A stretch of 64,000 nt of DNA, taken from assembly GCA_965279515.1 (NCBI GenBank), contig CBDIID010000003.1:2368001-2432000 (forward strand), in the 5' to 3' direction. Source of the stretch: Turneriella sp. (GTDB taxonomy: Bacteria > Spirochaetota > Leptospiria > Turneriellales > Turneriellaceae). Below are positions 1-9,795 of this stretch, piece by piece. The position numbers and the translations under genes are program-made. How positions within the stretch are numbered: the first letter of the stretch is position 1; each line of letters begins with the position of its first letter. The notes under the pieces are model-generated. The model did not search any database. It was not told the origin of the DNA and saw only the letters and a list, made by a program, of their open reading frames with translations.

Positions 1-198
1 CGGGTCAACGACGACCACGTGTTTGCGAAACTCGGCGCCCGGTCGGGTGATATCATACGCAAAGTGAACGGTTATGGCCTGAGCGACACCGAGCGCATGC
101 TCGATTTATGGAAGGCGATCAAAACCGCGCCTGAGATCAAGATCGAACTCGAACGCGACGGTAAGACGATTACCTACGACTTCCAGATTCGGAATTAA
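1..198 (+). CDS. gspC: Type II secretion protein GspC-like, C-terminal PDZ domain (5' truncated by window)
   Basis: Frame 1 reads RVNDDHVFAKLGARSGDIIRKVNG...IELERDGKTITYDFQIRN-stop; LG.RSGD.I..VNG and ..ERDG motifs fit the GspC PDZ domain. Confidence 0.65.
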   Translation, partial: RVNDDHVFAKLGARSGDIIRKVNGYGLSDTERMLDLWKAIKTAPEIKIELERDGKTITYDFQIRN

Positions 199-302
199 CC
201 CCACCCCGGCGCAAAGCGCCGACCCTCCCCACTGACGTGGAGAGGGTTTTTTCAGGAAGAATTTCCCCAAAGTTCCCCCTCTCCATGTTAGGGGGTGGGG
301 TT
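197..302. repeat. C/G-run palindromic REP-like element, family A: one copy plus an inverted partial copy
   Basis: AACCCCACCCCGGC...CCCTCCCCACTGACGTGGAGAGGG at 197-246 closely matches 53345-53392; inverted partial CCCCCTCTCCATGTTAGGGGGTGGGGTT at about 275-302. Confidence 0.85.
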
Positions 303-1088
303 AAACATCCAGAAATGGTTCACGGGGCCGTGACCATGCCCCAGTGGCTCGGCATTTTTCAGCGCGCCCGTTAAGTATTCCTTCGCTGCCTGAATCGCCG
401 CAGCAGCCTCAAAGCCGAGGGACAGATAAGCGGTAATTGCCGCCGAAAGAGTGCACCCGGTGCCGTGTGTCGATGAAGTCTTCACGCGCGGCGCAGAAAA
501 TTCGCTGAAACTTTTTCCGTCATAGAGAATATCCGTGGCATCGCCGCCATCGAGATGACCACCTTTAACGAGAATAAACTTTGCGCCCAGGCGATGCAGC
601 GCCGTTGCGGCGGAACGCATATCGTCTTGACTCACGATCTTCTTACCCGTAAGCACTTCGGCTTCGGGAATATTCGGCGTGACGATAAAGGCAAGCGGCA
701 GCAGTTTTTCCTTCAACGCGGTCTCCGCTTCAGGTAAGAGCAACCGGTGGCCGCTCTTCGCCACCATCACGGGGTCGACGACGAGCTGTGTCAGGTGAAA
801 GTCCGTGACGGCGCGCACGACACTGGCGATGATTTCTGCGTCGACCAGCATGCCGGTCTTCAGTGCGGCAACTTTCAGGTCGCTTGCCACGCTTTTAATC
901 TGCGCATAGACGAGCGCCGGCGAGACGCGCTCAAAACTATCGACGCCGACCGTGTTCTGCGCGGTAATCGCTGTGATCGCGCTGGTGCCATAGACGCCTA
1001 AGGCAGCGAAAGTTTTCAGGTCTGCCTGAATGCCCGCACCGGCAGAGGAATCGCTGCCGGCAATTGTTAAAGCGATGCTTTGAAACAT
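288..1088 (-). CDS. thiD: Hydroxymethylpyrimidine/phosphomethylpyrimidine kinase
   Basis: ALTIAGSDSSAGAGIQADLKTF, VVDPVMVAKSG, TPNIPEAE, THGTGCTLSAA, GHGPVNHF motifs. Confidence 0.96.
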   Translation of the reverse strand: MFQSIALTIAGSDSSAGAGIQADLKTFAALGVYGTSAITAITAQNTVGVDSFERVSPALVYAQIKSVASDLKVAALKTGMLVDAEIIASVVRAVTDFHLTQLVVDPVMVAKSGHRLLLPEAETALKEKLLPLAFIVTPNIPEAEVLTGKKIVSQDDMRSAATALHRLGAKFILVKGGHLDGGDATDILYDGKSFSEFSAPRVKTSSTHGTGCTLSAAITAYLSLGFEAAAAIQAAKEYLTGALKNAEPLGHGHGPVNHFWMFNPTP

Positions 1089-1091
1089 TTT

Positions 1092-1120
1092 TTATAGGGG
1101 GTGTTACACACCCCCTATAA
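1092..1120. repeat. Perfect 13-bp hairpin, family B
   Basis: TTATAGGGGGTGT-tac-ACACCCCCTATAA; same layout at 18993 and 20134. Confidence 0.75.
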
Positions 1121-2281
1121 CCCCCGTCCCACCGGAAGCGTCGGTGCCAATAAAAAAATTCGGCCTGACTGTAGTTCGGCAATCACCAGTTCTTTATTGC
1201 GTAGCCGGCCGAAGCTCGACCACAAACCGGGCGCCTGAATGAGGATATCCGGCTTTATATTGCTCTTCTGATAATCGATCGAAAAAATACGCCCCGAAAC
1301 CGAATCGGCAAAGATATATTTGCCGCGGTAAGCAGCGAGTGCCGTGCCTTCGTAGACATAGCCGCCGAGAATCGACTGCCCGACACCGTGATCATATTCA
1401 TGGAATGGCTCGACAAGACCCTTGCGGTTGCAATCCTTCGCGGGCTTAAAACAATGAAAACCTTCCATGATATTCCAGCCCATATTCTCACCGCGGCCAA
1501 CGAAACTCAGCTCTTCATAGTCGTTCTGCCCGACGTCGGCCACCAGCAGGCGCCCGTCGGGCACAAAACTGAACCGCCAGGGATTGCGCAGGCCCCAGGC
1601 AAAAATCTCGCGCTGCTTGTCGCCGCGCTCTCCCTTCGAACCCGCAAACGGGTTGTCGCGGGGGATGCCATACGTCACTGAAGTCCTGACGTCGATGCGC
1701 AGAATTTTCCCGAGATGCGAGGCTAAGTTTTGCGCATAACCGCGGGGATCTCCCCCCGAACCGCCGTCACCGACACCGATGTAGAGATAACCGTCAGGCC
1801 CGAACTCGAGCATGCCGCCGTTGTGGTTGCTGAACGGTTGGCGGATAGTTAATAGCTCGGTCAGTTTGCCCGTATCGGGCGCCGACGGATTCTTAACCCT
1901 GACGCGCGCCACAATCGTACGCCGCGGTTTTGCCGCTGAATAGTAGATGTAGTAGCTGTGGCTTTTTTCAAAATCGCGCGGGAAGGCAAGGCCCAAAAGT
2001 CCCTCTTCGAGCGTCGGGTCAGCGACGCGGTCTGTGAAATCGGCGAGCACAAGATTGCACTTGCGCTCCGGGCTTTCCAGGCGGATGACCCCTGGCTTTT
2101 CGACGATGGCATAGGCGTCGGGGCAACTCTCCAGCTTTGCAGGGTAGGGCGTTACATAGACCGGTTGTTTGAATGTCTTCTTAAAGAAGGGTTTGAGTTC
2201 AATTTTAGAGATTTTGCTGAAGGGGGCGTCGGAGAAGATTGCTGCAACAGCGATGAGCAGCAGGAATAGGATGCGAAACAC
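1115..2281 (-). CDS. PQQ-dependent sugar dehydrogenase (glucose/sorbosone family), exported
   Basis: Signal peptide; EEGLLGLAF, NHNGGMLEFGPDGYLYIGVGDGG, GKILRID, GLRNPWRFSF. Confidence 0.92.
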   Translation of the reverse strand: MFRILFLLLIAVAAIFSDAPFSKISKIELKPFFKKTFKQPVYVTPYPAKLESCPDAYAIVEKPGVIRLESPERKCNLVLADFTDRVADPTLEEGLLGLAFPRDFEKSHSYYIYYSAAKPRRTIVARVRVKNPSAPDTGKLTELLTIRQPFSNHNGGMLEFGPDGYLYIGVGDGGSGGDPRGYAQNLASHLGKILRIDVRTSVTYGIPRDNPFAGSKGERGDKQREIFAWGLRNPWRFSFVPDGRLLVADVGQNDYEELSFVGRGENMGWNIMEGFHCFKPAKDCNRKGLVEPFHEYDHGVGQSILGGYVYEGTALAAYRGKYIFADSVSGRIFSIDYQKSNIKPDILIQAPGLWSSFGRLRNKELVIAELQSGRIFLLAPTLPVGRGL

Positions 2282-2378
2282 AGCAGTAATTTAGGTAAAT
2301 TCCGGGCAAAATGCCAACTTTGGCAAGGTTCGGCCGTTTTTCGCATTGCCGCATTGATAGTTTCTAACCGCATGTCCC

Positions 2379-2801
2379 ATGAAAAAAATATTCACCTCCC
2401 TACTGATCGGCACCCTCTGCCTCGCAGCGGCATGCAAAGAAAAACCGGCGGCCCCCCCTGCTCCTGCGGCTCAGGAAAACACCATCGCGACAGGTATTTA
2501 CCAAAGTGCCAAAGAGGGCGATTGCCTCTGCGTCAACAGCGAGAAAAAGATCGCCTGCATGACCGGCGACATTGAAGCCATGGGCATCAGCCTGGGCTCT
2601 GATTATGACAAGTCTGAAGTACAGGATATGAAAGCCTCCCTACAAGAGCATTACCGCGCCCTGAAAATCGCCGGCAAGGATAGCCTGCGCGACGGCAATA
2701 ACCCCGCAATTTATGTCAAAGTCAAACAAGCCACCAATTGTATGGCATTAAACAAACCCATCGGTGGCCCTATCGCTTACGAAGACTATTGCGTGCGCTG
2801 A
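2379..2801 (+). CDS. Hypothetical lipoprotein
   Basis: MKK, hydrophobic stretch, LAAAC lipobox-like site, then Pro/Ala linker. Confidence 0.75.
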   Translation: MKKIFTSLLIGTLCLAAACKEKPAAPPAPAAQENTIATGIYQSAKEGDCLCVNSEKKIACMTGDIEAMGISLGSDYDKSEVQDMKASLQEHYRALKIAGKDSLRDGNNPAIYVKVKQATNCMALNKPIGGPIAYEDYCVR

Positions 2802-2813
2802 TCCATTTTTAGC

Positions 2814-2850
2814 TTGACAACTTGTGCGGCGCACAAAACATGGCCGCACA
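2814..2850 (+). promoter_or_regulatory. TTGACA -35 element followed by a 7-1-7 inverted repeat (PhaR-like operator)
   Basis: TTGACA at 2814-2819; TTGTGCG-G-CGCACAA at 2822-2836; partial site GCCGCACA at 2843-2850. Confidence 0.55.
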
Positions 2851-2874
2851 TTCAGATTTTCGAAGGAGCTACAC

Positions 2875-3168
2875 ATGGAACAACAAATTCAACAAATCGT
2901 AAACTTTGCAATCGGTACAGTTAAGGGCTTTGGCGACGCAGCTAAAAGCACGCTGTCAAACCTCGAAGCAGAAGTGAAAACCCTCGTCGAAAAAGGCGCG
3001 GCAGCCAGCGACGAAAATGCACAGAAGCTGCGTGCAAACGCAACTGACCTTGTGAACCGCGTAACGAATATCGTTAACACAGCGGTGAACAACCTCAACG
3101 AAGTGACTGGCCAGGCTCAGCAAATGGTGAAAGACGCCGTTGCGAAAGTTAAGCCGGAAGCGAAATAA
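2875..3168 (+). CDS. Phasin-related amphipathic helical protein
   Basis: AAGGAG RBS before ATG 2875; MEQQIQQIVNFAIG...LVEKGAAASDE resembles Leptospira phasin-related proteins (LV.KG motif). Confidence 0.65.
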   Translation: MEQQIQQIVNFAIGTVKGFGDAAKSTLSNLEAEVKTLVEKGAAASDENAQKLRANATDLVNRVTNIVNTAVNNLNEVTGQAQQMVKDAVAKVKPEAK

Positions 3169-3218
3169 CCCCACCCTTCGGCCCCCCCTCCCCACCAATC
3201 GGCTGACGTGGAGAGGGG
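3167..3218. repeat. REP-like element, family A
   Basis: AACCCCACCCTTCGGCCCCCCCTCCCCACCAATCGGCTGACGTGGAGAGGGG between convergent genes. Confidence 0.8.
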
Positions 3219-3235
3219 ACCGGAGAGCCTGCGTT

Positions 3236-3790
3236 TCATTTTTTGTTCTTCAAGACCATGACTCTAAAGACATCGTCATCAGGGGCATAGGTAATCCCAA
3301 GATTCTCCATTAACAGATCCATATCTTCTTCAGCATAATCTGCACTCATATCTACATTTTTTTCAGCGCGCTGCTTAATACCGGTGTCTTGTGTAATTCT
3401 GCCATTCAGACACTCAAATTTTCTCAGCTTCTTACCTCCGGCAAATGAGACCAGGTAGTGGCTGATTTCCTGACCCGCAGCGGTCTCATTGAGTTCGGCG
3501 CTGAATACCCAGACGTCAGTGCCGAATAATTTCTGCAGCTTTTTCGGCATGGACTCCTCAAGCCATTCGAATCCATCCAAACTCCAAAGCACCGTCCAAC
3601 CGTTTTCGACCCAGGTGCCGATTAAAGTCAAACCCTTGTCAAAGTACTCGTTCGCAAGCGCATAGATGAGATTGGCCATATCCTGGGAGTTGTCATAGGC
3701 GTATGCCTCGCGGGTAAGCGTCCGACCGGTTAATTCCGCCAGAGACTTCCACCGCTTATCTAAACGTGCTTTGATTGCAACAATTATCAT
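3236..3790 (-). CDS. Hypothetical protein
   Basis: 184-aa ATG ORF filling the gap; more AT-rich than its neighbours; no recognised motif. Confidence 0.7.
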   Translation of the reverse strand: MIIVAIKARLDKRWKSLAELTGRTLTREAYAYDNSQDMANLIYALANEYFDKGLTLIGTWVENGWTVLWSLDGFEWLEESMPKKLQKLFGTDVWVFSAELNETAAGQEISHYLVSFAGGKKLRKFECLNGRITQDTGIKQRAEKNVDMSADYAEEDMDLLMENLGITYAPDDDVFRVMVLKNKK

Positions 3791-3907
3791 AAATTAACCC
3801 TGCGGGGAAACCTGTAGATATACGTGAAGGTTTAGGGCGAAAACCAACGTTCTCGTTGCTTAAGTCCGTCAGGTAGGTGAAAAACCTATCCGGCGCGCCG
3901 GTTTGTA

Positions 3908-5200
<1,293 letters not shown>

Positions 5201-5301
5201 ACCGTCAATTTATGAAATATGGCGAGGATTTCAAGTTATTGTTCATAATACGTGCACCACGGTTTTCAGGGAAAAAATTCATTTACATGCCGGCACAAAC
5301 T

Positions 5302-5315
5302 TGAACGATCGTTCA
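5302..5315. promoter_or_regulatory. Perfect 14-bp palindrome, candidate repressor operator
   Basis: TGAACGATCGTTCA ending 2 nt before ATG 5318. Confidence 0.45.
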
Positions 5316-5317
5316 CT

Positions 5318-5917
5318 ATGAAAAAAATCAAAATCTCTCTTCTCTTCGCAGGGGCAATCCTCACCGGAATGGGCTCTGTTCTCCATGCAGCACCGAAAGC
5401 CGCTGCGGCGCCGGCTGCCACCACGGCCAGTATCCCCGATGTTCCGGTTGAACGCAACCAGGCCCCCGTGCTCGACGCGACCGCATTCGGTCTCGGTACC
5501 GGAACTTACGGCGGTTATGGCTTCTTAGGCGGCGCCCTGCAAATCGGTGTGACCAACTGGCTGCGTCTTTCAGGCGGCATCACGGGCTCACTGCTCGGCG
5601 ACCAGCCCTCGGGCTCGTTTTCATTTTCGAACTATTCGCTGCTCTGGCAATTTACCGGCGGCCTCGTATTCACCTCGACCAAGATCTATAAAGGCATCGC
5701 GCGCCCCTATACCGCGCTGAACCTGACATACTTCTACGACGCTAAGTTCAAGGCGGGCGGCATCAACGGTACCTTCGTTATTGGCGTCGATCTCTACATG
5801 ACGCAGGATTACAGCATCTATATCGAAGGCGGCGTGAACGCACCTTTCATCCGCGATGTACTGGCACCCCAGCTTGTCGGCGGCCTGTTCGGCATCGGCG
5901 CGCGTACCTTCTTCTGA
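5318..5917 (+). CDS. Putative outer-membrane beta-barrel protein
   Basis: MKKIK signal peptide (start moved to ATG 5318); Gly/aromatic-rich alternating strands; C-terminal GIGARTFF. Confidence 0.7.
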   Translation: MKKIKISLLFAGAILTGMGSVLHAAPKAAAAPAATTASIPDVPVERNQAPVLDATAFGLGTGTYGGYGFLGGALQIGVTNWLRLSGGITGSLLGDQPSGSFSFSNYSLLWQFTGGLVFTSTKIYKGIARPYTALNLTYFYDAKFKAGGINGTFVIGVDLYMTQDYSIYIEGGVNAPFIRDVLAPQLVGGLFGIGARTFF

Positions 5918-5966
5918 TTTAAAAAAGTCTCGCGACCGGCCGCGGCTTGTGGCGAGCAACTCTCTC

Positions 5967-6716
5967 ATGAAATTATTTGAAAAGGGCGATCTTGCCGCTC
6001 TCACAACCAATGCCAAAGTAGGATTGATCACGGTGCTGGTGGCTTTTCCGCCGTACATGATCGTCAACCACTTCTTCTACGACCGGCCGGCCGTTAACCT
6101 GTCTTTGCCGATCGACGCGTGGTTACCCTTTGACCATCGCTGGATTCTCATCTATGCCTGGGTCTATGTGTTTTTATTTCTTCCGGTATTCATCGTCAAA
6201 GACGCGACGAGTTTCCGTTTTGTGGCAAAGTCTTTTATCATCGTCAATTTTACTTCGGTGGCGATCTTTATTCTGATGCCGGCGAAGTATGCACGCCCCG
6301 AACTCACAACGCAAAATGAATTTCTCTGGTGGGGTACTGCGCTGAACTATTTTCTCGATAAGCCGGTGAACTGTTTTCCGAGCCTGCACGTCGGCAATGC
6401 CTTCATGGCATCGATGATCGCCTTCCATTACCGCCCGCGCGTCGGCATCGTGGCATGGTTGCTGGCGGCGCTGATCTCCGTTTCCACGCTTTATATGAAG
6501 CAGCACTTCTTTGTCGATATTGTGATGGGTTTTGCCGTTGCGTTTATCGTCTACCGCTTCTATTTCCGCCGCCGCGCCTTTGCCCCCGGCGCCGCAGCGC
6601 CCCTGCCTGAGTGGATGAGCGCCGGTGTTGTGCTGGTCTACCTGGGGTTTATTGGCTCGATGTACTTGCTCTTCTCATTTGGTGTGAAGCTCCCGCTCGA
6701 AAAAATTATCCGCTAA
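5967..6716 (+). CDS. PAP2-superfamily membrane phosphatase/phosphotransferase
   Basis: NCFPSLH and STLYMKQHFFVD motifs, several TM helices; start moved to ATG 5967. Confidence 0.85.
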   Translation: MKLFEKGDLAALTTNAKVGLITVLVAFPPYMIVNHFFYDRPAVNLSLPIDAWLPFDHRWILIYAWVYVFLFLPVFIVKDATSFRFVAKSFIIVNFTSVAIFILMPAKYARPELTTQNEFLWWGTALNYFLDKPVNCFPSLHVGNAFMASMIAFHYRPRVGIVAWLLAALISVSTLYMKQHFFVDIVMGFAVAFIVYRFYFRRRAFAPGAAAPLPEWMSAGVVLVYLGFIGSMYLLFSFGVKLPLEKIIR

Positions 6717-6822
6717 TAACTGCTGTACAGTACCACCCTCCGGGAGACTTGGCGGCCAATCATCCCAAAGGGTGATGGTATTTTTGACGTAAACCTCGAA
6801 CAAAAAGGGGGCGGCAGATCCG

Positions 6823-9795
6823 ATGAAGATGAATCCAACCAGCGCCCATGAAGAACCGGGTTTTACCTCCGTAAATTTTCCCATTGTCGGCATCGGCGCT
6901 TCCGCAGGGGGCCTTGCAACCTTTGAAGCTTTTTTCGCCGGCATGCCGGAAAAAAAAACCGGGATGGCCTTCGTGCTTGTGCAGCATCTCGCGCCCGACC
7001 ACAAGAGTCTCTTAACCGAACTGGTACGCCGCTACACGAAAATGCAGGTTTTCGAAGTCGAAGACGGCATGCGGGTCGAGCCGGATTGTGCGTATATTAT
7101 ACCTCCCGGGCGCGATATGGAGTTTGCCGGCGGCAGATTACAGCTGCTCGAACCCGCAGCCCCGCGCGGACAGCGCAGGCCGATCGATTTTTTCTTCCGC
7201 TCACTCGCGCGTGAGCAGCGCGAAAGGGGCATTGGCATCATTCTGTCGGGCAGCGGCAGCGACGGCACACTCGGTGTGCGCGCGATCAAGGCCGAAGGCG
7301 GCATGGTCATGGTGCAAAACCCGGCATCGGCCGAATACGACAGCATGCCGCGCACGGCCATTGCCACAGGCCTCGTCGATTACGAGTTGCCACCCGCTGA
7401 AATGCCGGCACAACTTGTTGCCTACGCGGCACGCGCCTTCGGAACGCCCGTGCTTAACGGCGCACCTTTAAAATCCAGCGAAGATCTCGCGCTGCATAAG
7501 CTCTATGGTTTAATACGGCGCCATACCGGCCATGACTTTGTTCAGTACAAACCCGGCACAATACAGCGCCGGGTAGAGCGGCGCATGGCAGTGAACCAGA
7601 TGGATACACTCGAAGCGTACGCTGGTTTTGCGGAAAATGCCCCGGGTGAAGTCGAAGCGCTTTTCCGGGATCTGCTCATCGGTGTGACACATTTTTTCCG
7701 CGACATAGAAGCATTCTCTGCCCTGGAGACCCAGGTTATACCGAAGCTGTTTTCCGGCAAGTTACCCGGCGGGCTGATCCGGGTGTGGGTACCCGGATGC
7801 TCGAGCGGCGAAGAAGCTTATTCCATAGCTATCCTGCTCTATGAATACGCAGAAACACTGAAGCAGGGATACCGGATTCAGATCTTTGCGACAGACATCG
7901 ACAGCCAGGCGATTGCCGTGGCCCGCGCGGGCATTTATTCGGGGAGTATCGCCACGGACATTTCACCCGAACGGCTGAGGCGTTTTTTTATCGCTGACCC
8001 CCTCGAGGGTGCATTTCGTATCAACAAGAGCATCCGCGATCTCGTGATATTCTCTGAACAGGATATGGTCCGCGATCCGCCCTTTTCAAAACTCGATCTC
8101 GTCAGTTGCCGTAATCTGCTCATTTATATGGGACCAGAGTTGCAGAAAAAAATCATCCCGCTTTTCCACTACGCGCTGAATACGAACGCTTTTTTACTTC
8201 TGGGCACGTCAGAAGGTGTCGGTGATTTCAACGAGCTGTTTACGGCGCTGGACCGCAAAGCGAAAATATACCAAAGTAAATCATCACATCATGTTCCGCT
8301 GCACGCCGCGCTCAGCAGAATACTGCGCCCGGCCGCAATAGGCGAAATACCGCAGCAATCAGGCATAGCTGTGCCGTTCCCCCCGAAGCTGCCGCTGCGC
8401 GAAGTGACTGAAAAGGCGCTGCTACAGCATCTGAATCCCATAGCCGCGCTCGTCAATGCGCAGGGTGATATCTTCTACCTGCACGGGCGCACCGGTCTCT
8501 ATCTCGAACCCGCACCGGGAGAGATTTCGGTCAACAATGTGCTCAAAATGGCGCGCGAAGGCCTGCGGCGCGATTTAACCACGGCAATGCACCAAGCCGC
8601 CGCAACAAAAGAGATTGTCCGGCACGCGGCAGTGCGCGTAAAAACGAACGGTGACTACACACTCATCAATTTGACCATAAAACCTGTGGTCGCATCCACT
8701 TCAGAAGCGGCGCTTTATGTCATCATCTTTGAAAAGGTTGCGGCGCCTGAAGGCGAAAGCGCTGAAGCGCGTAGCCTACACCCTCCCGCGAAGGAGAATG
8801 CCGCTGAAACAGATTCCGATGCTTATATTGCCAGCCTGAAAAAGGAACTCAGCGCAAAAGAAGAATACCTGAAGAGTGCGAACGAAGAACTCGAAACCTC
8901 CAATGAAGAACTCAAGTCGTCCAACGAAGAGATGCAGTCCATCAATGAAGAATTGCAATCTGCCAATGAAGAACTGGAGACTTCAAAAGAAGAACTGCAA
9001 TCGGTGAATGAAGAGCTGGCCACCGTCAACGCCGAATTACAGACTAAGGTGGTCGACCTGTCCCGCGCCAACAATGACCTGAACAACCTGCTCGCCGGCA
9101 CGGGTATCGGTACGGTTTTTGTTGATCACAAGCTGAATATCGTGCGTTTTACGCCTGCCGCCACACAAATCATCAATTTAATCCAGAGCGATGTCGGCCG
9201 CCCGGTCAGCCATATCGTCTCAAACCTCGCGGACTATCAGACATTGGTGCCCGATACGCAGCAGGTCCTGGATACCCTGATGCCCAGGGAACTCGAGGTA
9301 CAAACAAAAACCGGCACCTGGTACGCGCTGCGCATTATGCCCTACCGGACACTGGAAAATGTGATCGAGGGCGCGGTGATAACCTTTGTCAATATCACGG
9401 AAACGAAGAAAACCCAGGAGACTTTGCGCCTGAGTGAGGAACGTATCCGCGTCGCGCTGCGGGCCTCACCGATAACGATCTTTAATCAGGATCGCGAACT
9501 CCGGTACACATGGATACATAATGCAAACCCGAAATTCTCCCCCGAACAGGTACTGGGAAAAACGGATCTCGAGATTCACCCTGGTGCAACAGGCGAAAGC
9601 CTGACTGCTTTCAAACAGCAAGTTCTGCGCAACGGTATCGGCAGCCGCCACACAATAAAGACCGAAAAAAACCTTGTCTATGATCTCACCATAGAACCTC
9701 TGCGCGACCACGAAGGCATCATCGTCGGCATAACCTGCGCCTCTGTCGATTTTAACAAGACTGCCGATCAAGAAAGGGAAAATCATGGAAACTAA
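6823..9795 (+). CDS. CheB methylesterase/CheR methyltransferase fusion with coiled coil and PAS domains
   Basis: VGIGASAGG, VQHL and GSDG (CheB triad); IRVWVPGCSSGEEAYS, IFATDID, SCRNLLIY (CheR); NEEL heptads; C-terminal PAS. Confidence 0.95.
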   Translation: MKMNPTSAHEEPGFTSVNFPIVGIGASAGGLATFEAFFAGMPEKKTGMAFVLVQHLAPDHKSLLTELVRRYTKMQVFEVEDGMRVEPDCAYIIPPGRDMEFAGGRLQLLEPAAPRGQRRPIDFFFRSLAREQRERGIGIILSGSGSDGTLGVRAIKAEGGMVMVQNPASAEYDSMPRTAIATGLVDYELPPAEMPAQLVAYAARAFGTPVLNGAPLKSSEDLALHKLYGLIRRHTGHDFVQYKPGTIQRRVERRMAVNQMDTLEAYAGFAENAPGEVEALFRDLLIGVTHFFRDIEAFSALETQVIPKLFSGKLPGGLIRVWVPGCSSGEEAYSIAILLYEYAETLKQGYRIQIFATDIDSQAIAVARAGIYSGSIATDISPERLRRFFIADPLEGAFRINKSIRDLVIFSEQDMVRDPPFSKLDLVSCRNLLIYMGPELQKKIIPLFHYALNTNAFLLLGTSEGVGDFNELFTALDRKAKIYQSKSSHHVPLHAALSRILRPAAIGEIPQQSGIAVPFPPKLPLREVTEKALLQHLNPIAALVNAQGDIFYLHGRTGLYLEPAPGEISVNNVLKMAREGLRRDLTTAMHQAAATKEIVRHAAVRVKTNGDYTLINLTIKPVVASTSEAALYVIIFEKVAAPEGESAEARSLHPPAKENAAETDSDAYIASLKKELSAKEEYLKSANEELETSNEELKSSNEEMQSINEELQSANEELETSKEELQSVNEELATVNAELQTKVVDLSRANNDLNNLLAGTGIGTVFVDHKLNIVRFTPAATQIINLIQSDVGRPVSHIVSNLADYQTLVPDTQQVLDTLMPRELEVQTKTGTWYALRIMPYRTLENVIEGAVITFVNITETKKTQETLRLSEERIRVALRASPITIFNQDRELRYTWIHNANPKFSPEQVLGKTDLEIHPGATGESLTAFKQQVLRNGIGSRHTIKTEKNLVYDLTIEPLRDHEGIIVGITCASVDFNKTADQERENHGN
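8881..9039 (+). repeat. Degenerate 21-bp coding tandem repeat (NEEL.S. heptads)
   Basis: AAYGAAGARYT units recur every 21 nt and encode the coiled coil. Confidence 0.85.

Noticed and set aside
8881..9039. Regular 21-bp repeat that could be taken for an array
   Set aside because: It is in frame, degenerate at third positions and has no spacers; it is the usual NEEL coil of CheB/CheR fusions.
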